This document shows, piece by piece, positions 51,401 to 60,400 of a stretch of 64,000 nt of DNA. The translations under genes were made by a program, and so were the position numbers. The stretch lies in NCBI RefSeq assembly GCF_963676685.1, contig NC_092347.1:11532001-11596000 (forward strand), read 5' to 3'. The stretch's first letter is position 1, and the number at the start of each line of letters is the position of its first letter. The notes below the pieces were generated by a model, which was given only the letters and a program-made list of their open reading frames with translations, was not told where the DNA came from and searched no databases. Origin of the DNA: Mytilus edulis. Its lineage: Eukaryota.

Positions 51401-54400
51401 TATTAATATTTAGGCTTTCTTTTTTGCTGCTCTGGTGTGCTATAGTGCATTCCTTTTGACAGAACTTGACTTTATTGATGGACTTCAATCTGTTGGACCA
51501 TATGAATGGATTGTCTACATACACTTGCTTGGGGATGTTCTTGAACAGTATCGACATGTGGTAAATATAATATCAATTAACATATGTATCTATCCTCCCG
51601 AGCACAATGAGTAGGGGTATAAAGGAATTGGATTGATAGCATATTATTTGCTAACTATATTAGTGCGGTGGCTACAAGCATATTTCAGACGAATTGTGCA
51701 CATCCTGCTAAAAGCATGAAATTTGGCATAGACCTTCCTCAACTATTACTGTTTTATTTCGGATAGGTAGGCATTTGACAAAAATGTCTCACTTCCGGTA
51801 AAATTCAAAATGGCGGACTTTATACATGAATCAGCCCAATATCTAAGGCTAGTATGAGAAAAGGTGTTATTATCATGCTACTATCATATTTAGTAAAAAT
51901 CTTTGTTATGTACTACTTTTGGATATATTATATAGATAAGTTGTCTTAAAAAATCCTACTTCCGGTAAAATCCAACATGGCGGACATTGTACTTAAATAA
52001 GCTAATTTTTTAGGAAGGGTAATTGAAACGTGTTTTAAAGTATTGCTACTATTATTAAATTGCGCAGGAACCATTCTTTGGTGCTTCTCATGAATACAAA
52101 TTGAATGTATAAAACATATGTCTTTAAAACCTTTACTTCCGGTAATATCCAAAATGGCGGACATAGAAATATTAATTTCTTATTTTAATATTCAACTTTT
52201 TTTCCAAATGTAAAGATAAGGTTGTTTTTTGTGCTGTTCTTTAAATTTTTGACTAGAAGTTATCCTCAAAACCACTTATTCTATTCTGTTGTAAATGTTT
52301 AAATACAAAGTTAACACTTCCGGTAAAAAAAAACCAATTTGGCATAATTTTCAAACATGAGTCCCCAATCCATATCTTAGATATAGAGTTTTGGATGGAT
52401 TGATTAAAACAAAATAAAATCGCTAAAGTACTAATAGTTATCAAAGGTATCAGTGTTAGAATTTAGTACACCAGACGCGCGTTTCGTCTACATAAGACTC
52501 ATCAGTGACGCTCATTTCAAAAACATTTTAAAAATTACTACTATTCGGCCAAAAGTACATGTTTATTCACGGTCACCACCACATGCACATAAGGCACTGC
52601 ACGGGAGACTCGATTTTCCACATTAATAACGACCGTGGCATCCTTTCTTGTTTCCACAATGTACAAGATTCTGACAAAATGATGAGGCCTCAGAAAGAGT
52701 TTTTTAAAAGGAATCCTCTTTGTCCCTTCGCCATCCATTAGCTCATGGACTGGGTAGCATAAGAGCTGATTCCAAGCTCATCCCCCCTAACACCTGCCTT
52801 AGTATATTGCACGTTTTACATGCTGGAAAAGACTAGACCAAGTTGAGGGAATAGTCTAAATTAGCCTTCCCTTTTGCGCAAATAGTTGTTTTCTGGCTTC
52901 GTTAACCATGTTAACCCAATCTGTTAAGTTTGTGCAATCTTACAGTAAAACCCCTGCGATTCAGGTTGATATATTCTTATATGCAAATATAGTCCCTAAG
53001 AATTCATTATCTTCTTTCCACACACCATGTTATTAGAAAATAACTTTTTTTCTTACTTCTTAACAAAGAAATGATAACTAAAGTCTTCTTTAGTCATGCT
53101 TCCCGTCTGTCCAGACCTACTACAGAAGTGATAGTGTCATTACTTCTACATGGTTTATTGTATCTACACGACACAAAGTACAGTGTTATATTGAATTATA
53201 TGCAGATTTGCATTAGTGATATGATGTTACCGTAATTTCGGTCCTGTCCAGCTAAAACTTTAAAAGCCTTTTTATCTACGTAGTCTTATGTTTAATTCTT
53301 ATTTACAGATCTAGATGTGCACATATGTCCGATACCCAACTTTATTGTGTTTTTTTTTTAGAAAGATGTATCTTTAAGAGATATCTTTAACCTCAGAAAT
53401 GTTTGTAATTTCAAGCACCTAATTTATCACCAAAATCCCTCCTATATGGGTATTTATGTCTACATGAAAGTTGGTTTATTGTTGGATTCTTATATGCAAG
53501 GGCATGTTTCAGGGATTATGGCCAGTTGAACTTTACATCTACATGACATCACAATCAAAACCTTTATTGAAATAGCCAACGAAGAAAACCATTACGTGAT
53601 TGAGCCAAGTTAATTGAGGGGTTTCAGGGGCCACATCCTATACAGTTGTAAGGATCTCAATCCTCCCCTTCTACCTCTAGCCACTATATATGGAATAAAC
53701 AAATACACAGCGAAAGCACATTGAAGAACTCAGTTCAAAGAAGTATAAGTCCGATGTTAGAACAGGCATTCGAAGTAACTAAGCAAAACGACAATGATCG
53801 ACATAACATAACAAAAAGCTTTAAGCAGTTACTGAAATGCCAACACAAGACATCAGTTAAACTGATAGAGAGATGGTTTCACCAATCGGCTTTTCTATGC
53901 TTGTATCACCGCAATTATAATAAGCCTAAAGTCATCTCGAAAGAAATAGGACTATAAACCGGGAAAGTAGAAATCAGAAGGCTCTCATCATATCTTCAAT
54001 AATAACACCATTTAAGCATCTTTAGTAAGTTTATACACATATACAGCATACATTAGAATAAACTCGACGTGTTTATAACCGGCACACTAGTGAACTGTTG
54101 ATTTCAGTCGTTCTTCCTTACAACAGCTGCTGAAACACAACCTTGAAAATGAAGTTCAAATAATGTAGACATGTACATGCGTAATGTATCAATCAATAGT
54201 TGACACTATACACAAACAAGAAAATCACAAAAACACTGAACTCCGAGGAAAATTCAAAATCGAGAGTCCCTTATCAAATTTCAAAATCAAAAGATAAAAC
54301 ACATCAAACGAATGGACAACAACTGTCATATTTCTGACTTGGTACAGACATTTTCAAATGTAGAAAATAGTGGATTGAACCTGTTTTTATAGCGCTAAGC

Positions 54401-57400
54401 CTCTCACTTTTATGACAGTCGCATCTAATTCCGTTATTTTTACAAGATATAATTGAGAATGGAAATGGGGAATGTGCCAAAGAGACAACAACCCGACCAT
54501 AGAAAAAAAACAACAGCAGAAGGTCACCAACAGGTCTTCAATGTAGCGAGAAATTCCCGAAGATAATGTGTTTGTCTTATTGTAAATTGGAAGTTCGCAA
54601 TGGACCACTTGACATTACATATTTATTGGTATCATATGTATCACCAAGTTGTTAATTAAAAACATAATTCGATCCGTTTGATATTTAAAATGTAAATATT
54701 CGCAAACAACATTCGTTTGTCAGAATTCAATTACTTTGTTATGATATTGTGCTAGACAAAAAATTGAATCACAATGTCGTCATGATAGAAAAATTGTCAC
54801 GATAGAAAAGTCTAAAACAAAGTGCTAGAAATAAGATAAGTATAAGCCCAAATTGGTCGAACGGGTTTATATGTACCGATTATCAGGTTATCTGCATGTT
54901 GATATCGTAAAATATCAGCTGCGAGATATAATATGAAGCTTTTTGTCGAGTGAGCGTAGCGAACGAGATCAAAAAGCCTTCATATAATGTCAAGCAGCTG
55001 ATATTTTACAATATCAATATGCAGATAATCTGATAATCGATTTATCGGGCTATATTTGCGTGTTTCAGAAGTGTTTTCTTTGTTTCACCAGCACACAAAA
55101 GATGACTTGATAAGTTCGGCTCAAAGTTATTAACGTCGATTCAAACATTATGACGTCGCTGATATGTCCGGGTCAAAGTTATTAAGGCCGGGTCAACGTA
55201 TTTGACGTCACAAAGACATGATACGGAATAATATTAAGAGCTGAACAGAGTGATATAGACAGTGGGACGACCGATAAAGTGGATTATTGGAATAAAAAGT
55301 TTTTCTTCTGTTTGCATCATAGAAATTATATTTCTATTATAGGATTTGAAAGAGCCAAAATTTCCTACAGATTTAACAGATATATATGAATCAAAAACTC
55401 TTTTAAAGCATTCCTGGTTGTATAGAGTAAAGAGTTACTTGTACAACTTTTGGAACATTCTTGATGTCATATCATATATCCTGACAGTAACTGCTATGCT
55501 AGTTCGCTTTTTTAAGCCAACAACAACAAATAACCTAACAAGACGATTTTACAGTCTCGGTCTGTTTACAATGTACATGAGATTTCTTCATATCATATTG
55601 GTAGAACGAAAACTAGGACCAAAAATTATCATGATCAAGGAAATGGTACGTAAAGATATCTCATATAATATCAATTTAAAAAAATAATAATCTCTTTTTT
55701 ATACCCCACCTACGGGTACGTTCCTCCGTTCGTTCGTCCGTCCGTCCGTCCGTCCGTTCGTCCCAGTTCAGGTTTAAGTTTTTGGTCAAGGTGGTTTTTG
55801 ATGAAGTTGAAGTCCAGTCAACTTGAAATTTAGTACACATGTTCCTTATGATATGATCTTTCTAATTTTAATGCCAACTTAGAGTTTTTACCCCAATTCC
55901 ACGGTCCACTGAACATAGAAAATGCATCCGTGTACTTGGGACACATTTTTGTTTGTTTTCACTTCAACAACACAAACTGCATGTATACATATCAATATAA
56001 GAATCGATTACTTGAATACGGACTACCTTTAGACGGACATACATATAATTTAATGGAGTTCAAAATGATAGTCATATTTTAAACTCTCCCAAACAGGAAG
56101 CAGTGGCGTTACAACACAACATTGAGTGATGAACATATCCAATTGTAATATGAATGACACATTAATCATATAACAATATAAAAAAAACCAATTAAAGTGA
56201 TCACAACCCTCCGCGCAGACACATAGTGAACTAACAACAACACTACTAAACTCACTGAACAGTACTCGCGGGTTCAGAAAGCAAGTTCAATAATAATACG
56301 TTTTCCTATTTATTTGTATTGTAGTCCTGTAATATTATGTTGTCATTTCTATGTTAGATTTAACATTGCCATTTAAGTGCGAGGTTTGGCATGCCACAAA
56401 ACCAGGTTCAACCCACCATTTTTTCCTTTAAAAATGTCCTGTACCAAGTCAGGAATATGGCCATTGTTATATTATAGTTCATTTCTGTGTGTGTTACAAT
56501 TTAACGTTGCGTCGTTTGTTTTCTCTTATTTTGAGTGTAAATTGACATTGCAATAAGACGTGTCATGGTACTTGTCTATCCCAAATTCATGTATTTGGTT
56601 TTGATGTTATATTGGTTATTCTCGTGGGATTTTGTCTGATGCTTGGTCCGTTTCTGTGTGTGTTAGTTACATTGTAGTGTTGTGTCGTTGTTCTCCTCTT
56701 ATATTTATGCGTTTCCCTCAGTTTTAGTTTGTTACCCCGATTTTGTTTTTTGTCCATGGATTTATGAGTTTGAGCAGCGGTATACTACTGTTGCCTTTAT
56801 TATTCAAGCCTTATTTAAAAAACATGCAATTGCAGTTAATGGAAACCAAAATAGCAGAAATGTTATTTGAGCGACGAAATTAATTTTACTCCAAGAATTG
56901 ATGATGGTAAAGAATTAAAGTTAACTGGCAGTAACACCGATGGTCAACAGAAATTTTCGTTTTACTGTTCCGTCATTCTAAAATTCCGAACACAACTAGT
57001 CTCTCATGAAATTTGAGATTTGATACGTATATTTTTTTTAATGCAATTCACCCTATTAATCTTCAAGAATTACCCTGATAAAAATGAAAACGAAAGTCCT
57101 CCACGTAGCACATAGTAGTGCAAAAGAAACAATCTGTAATTCTGTAATTCAATTTAATTTTGTACATATATGATTATTCATCAGAGAGACCAGGATTAAA
57201 TTTTGTATTTATGCCAGACGCGCGTTTAGCTACAAAAGACTCATCAGTGACGCTTGAAATCAAAAAAGTTAAAAAGGCCAAATAAAATACGAAGTTGAAG
57301 AGCATTTAAGACCAAACTTCCTAAAAGGGATGCCAAATACAGCTAAGGTAATATATTCCGTAGGTAGAAAAGCCTTAGTATTTCAAAAATTCAAAAGTAA

Positions 57401-60400
57401 CGAGAGAAAAACAATTTATCAGGGAATATAAGCCAACATCCGACAACAACATATTAAACTATGTCATAATTATTAAACATTGATTTTCGTATTTTAAGAT
57501 ATGATCAATTTTAGAGCGGGGGGACTGATAAACCAAAGTTTATTAAATGATCCAAAAAATAATGGCGACCAGGGCAAATGTAAGAGGGAACATACTGTAC
57601 AATAATTACATTACATAATAATATTTTTCTTTATAGCACATTATATCGTTTGGCGAACATCAATCTTGCATCATTCTGAAATTAATCTTCATTTCAAAAT
57701 GAAGTGCTTCCGTGTTCCGTATAAAAAATACAAAAAAATCAGCTTTGAAATCTTCTTTTGGAGTCAGTCCATTTGCTATTGAATTCTTATATTTTGTATT
57801 TTCTAAAGCCCCAGTCCCACTAGACCACGATCGCACTACGCTCACCGCGATCTTAAATAAATTCAAATCGTGGTGAGGTTGCGGTATGAGCGGCATGAAA
57901 ATGTATATTTTCGTTACCTCCACGATGCTACTACGTCCTCATTACGCTTCTAAAACGATACCACTACGATTATACCACGTTCTCACCGAGCTTATTCTGC
58001 GACCTCACTTCGCTTATCAAGATATTTCTACGCTCATCACTATCTCACTTCGACAATACCACGAGTTATCCGATTGCAACACGATCTTACCACGCTTGTA
58101 CTGCGATTATAGCACGTTCTTTCCACGATTATTCTACGTTCATATCGCAATCTTACTACGTTTTCAGCAATAACGTCAAATATGTGTTCCATATAAACGA
58201 TTCGATTCTTTCTATGTCTTATTAATACGTAGATTTCTCGGAAACAACATGTCATGCCACAAAAATAAACAAGAATACTCATGAGTGGTGGTAAGGGGAT
58301 AGAGAGGCAGAAGGAGCTTTGAAAGTAACGAATCCTGATCCATGACGGACCGACCAATCCAACCTAAATCACAACCTATTTCTGGCCCATCAAGCTCAAA
58401 TGACGATGAGTTATTGAACGATAGCAGGGATGACACAGATGTGTCAAGCGTGGTCGAGTCGTTAGAGAAAAAGGACGACAGGTCCAAATTATATGCAGAC
58501 AAAGAAAACCTGGAGAGCTTTGGTATATTTTATGTGACAATGAGAAAGAACATGGTAGTCGTAGTATGAACGTAGTCAGGTCGGAAGAGGAGCTTGGTGA
58601 GAACGGAATGGGCGTGCTAGAATCGTACTATGATCTTCAATAGCGTTGTGAGACCGTGACATAGTCGTAGTGAAAGCGTAGTTGGTTGGCAGTGAGAACG
58701 TGATGGTCTTAGTGAGGTCGTAATAACATCACTGTGAGATCGTAGCGCAGTCTCTCCGAATCGAATAACGCTTTCACTACGCTCTCGCTACGATGGTTCA
58801 GCGACCTTTGCGATCTTAGCACGATCTTATTGCGCTCTCCCCACGCTTCTACTACGAACTGATTTCGCCACGACCGCATCACATTTGTTTTTAACACGTT
58901 CAAAATTGGCTACGATCATCACGATCTTGAAGACCTCACCACGACCGTGATACGATCTAACTGCGATTTACACGAAAAAATTGCATTTTTGCACAGATCC
59001 TAGTGCGATCGTGGACTAGTGAGACTGCAGTATTACAGAATATTTCAAAACGAAATTTCTCAGTTATTTGAAGAATTACACATGTTTATATCTTTTCAGT
59101 ATACTTCATTGAATATCAATTTAAAAATCCTGGTAATTTTGTTAATCTGTATAAACTTAATATATATTTTTTATTTACTATCAGGTGAAAGAACTGCTTA
59201 GATTTATAGGAATTCTATTGATATTTATGATGGGAGTTGGTGTGCTTTATCATGCAAATATGTATCCAAAACACGAGGATATGTGGAATTCAGCTGGATG
59301 GACATACTGGAGAATATGGAAGATCATGTATATACCTTACTGGCAAATATATGGATTCAATTTCTTGGATTCTTTTGATGGTACTTTTTAAAAAACTTTT
59401 TGTTGATCAAAAATATCTCTGAACATTTGCTTTTAATAGTAGTTTATTAAAACAAGTAATTTGTGTAAAAATTGCGTAATACGATATGCAGTACCTATGG
59501 AATAAGTTTCAGATGTGATTGCAAATTTCTGCTCACATTTATTTATTCCAAGTTAATGTAAGTTACGGAATATATTTGGTGTTATCTTTATGCAGTTGCT
59601 ATATTTATATTCAATATGGTTGTTCTTATAAAATTGAGAATGGAAATGGGGAATGTGTCAAGGAGACAACAACCCGACCATAGAAAAAAACAACAGCAGA
59701 AGGTCACCAACAGGTCTTCAATGTAGCGAGAAATTCCTGCACCCGGAAGCGTCCTTCAGCTGGCCCCTAAACAAATACATACTACATTTGTAGTTCAGTG
59801 ATAATGAACGCCATACTAATTTCCAAATTGTACACAAGAAACTAAAATTAAAATAATACAAGACTAACAAAGTCCAGAGGCTCCTGACTTGGGACAGGCG
59901 CAAAAATGCGGCTGGGTTAAACATATTTATGAGATCTCAACCCTCCCCCTATACCTCTAGCCAATGTAAAAAAGTAAACGCATAACAATACGCATATTTA
60001 AAATTCAGTTCAAGAGAAGTCCGAGTCTGATGTCAGAAGATGAAACCAAAGAAAATTCATATGTTGATATTGATCAACGGGAACGGTTTCTGTCGACTTA
60101 AAGATGTGTTCAAAAGGTTTCGCATCTTCATCTAAAAAATCCGATACCACGTTTAAAGAGCGGTTCGTGCTCTCTTTGCATTAAGAACCATTATAACAAC
60201 TATTTGAGGGGGCCGTAGGTGTCATGATTCAATCCAACATTTGCCAATTTGTCATAATGAAGGGATACACTGAGTATGAATATTTATTTTATTAACTCTT
60301 TGCATATTATGTAGAATATTCAGTTTCTTTCTTGTGTTCTTAAAACTATCCACAAGTAATTTGCAGATTTTCAAAACGATTACTTCGCATGTTTGTTTTT

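Noticed and set aside
57886-58903. Several 64-105-aa ORFs
   Set aside because: All lie inside the non-autonomous TIR element; no transposase or Myb/SANT motif recognisable.
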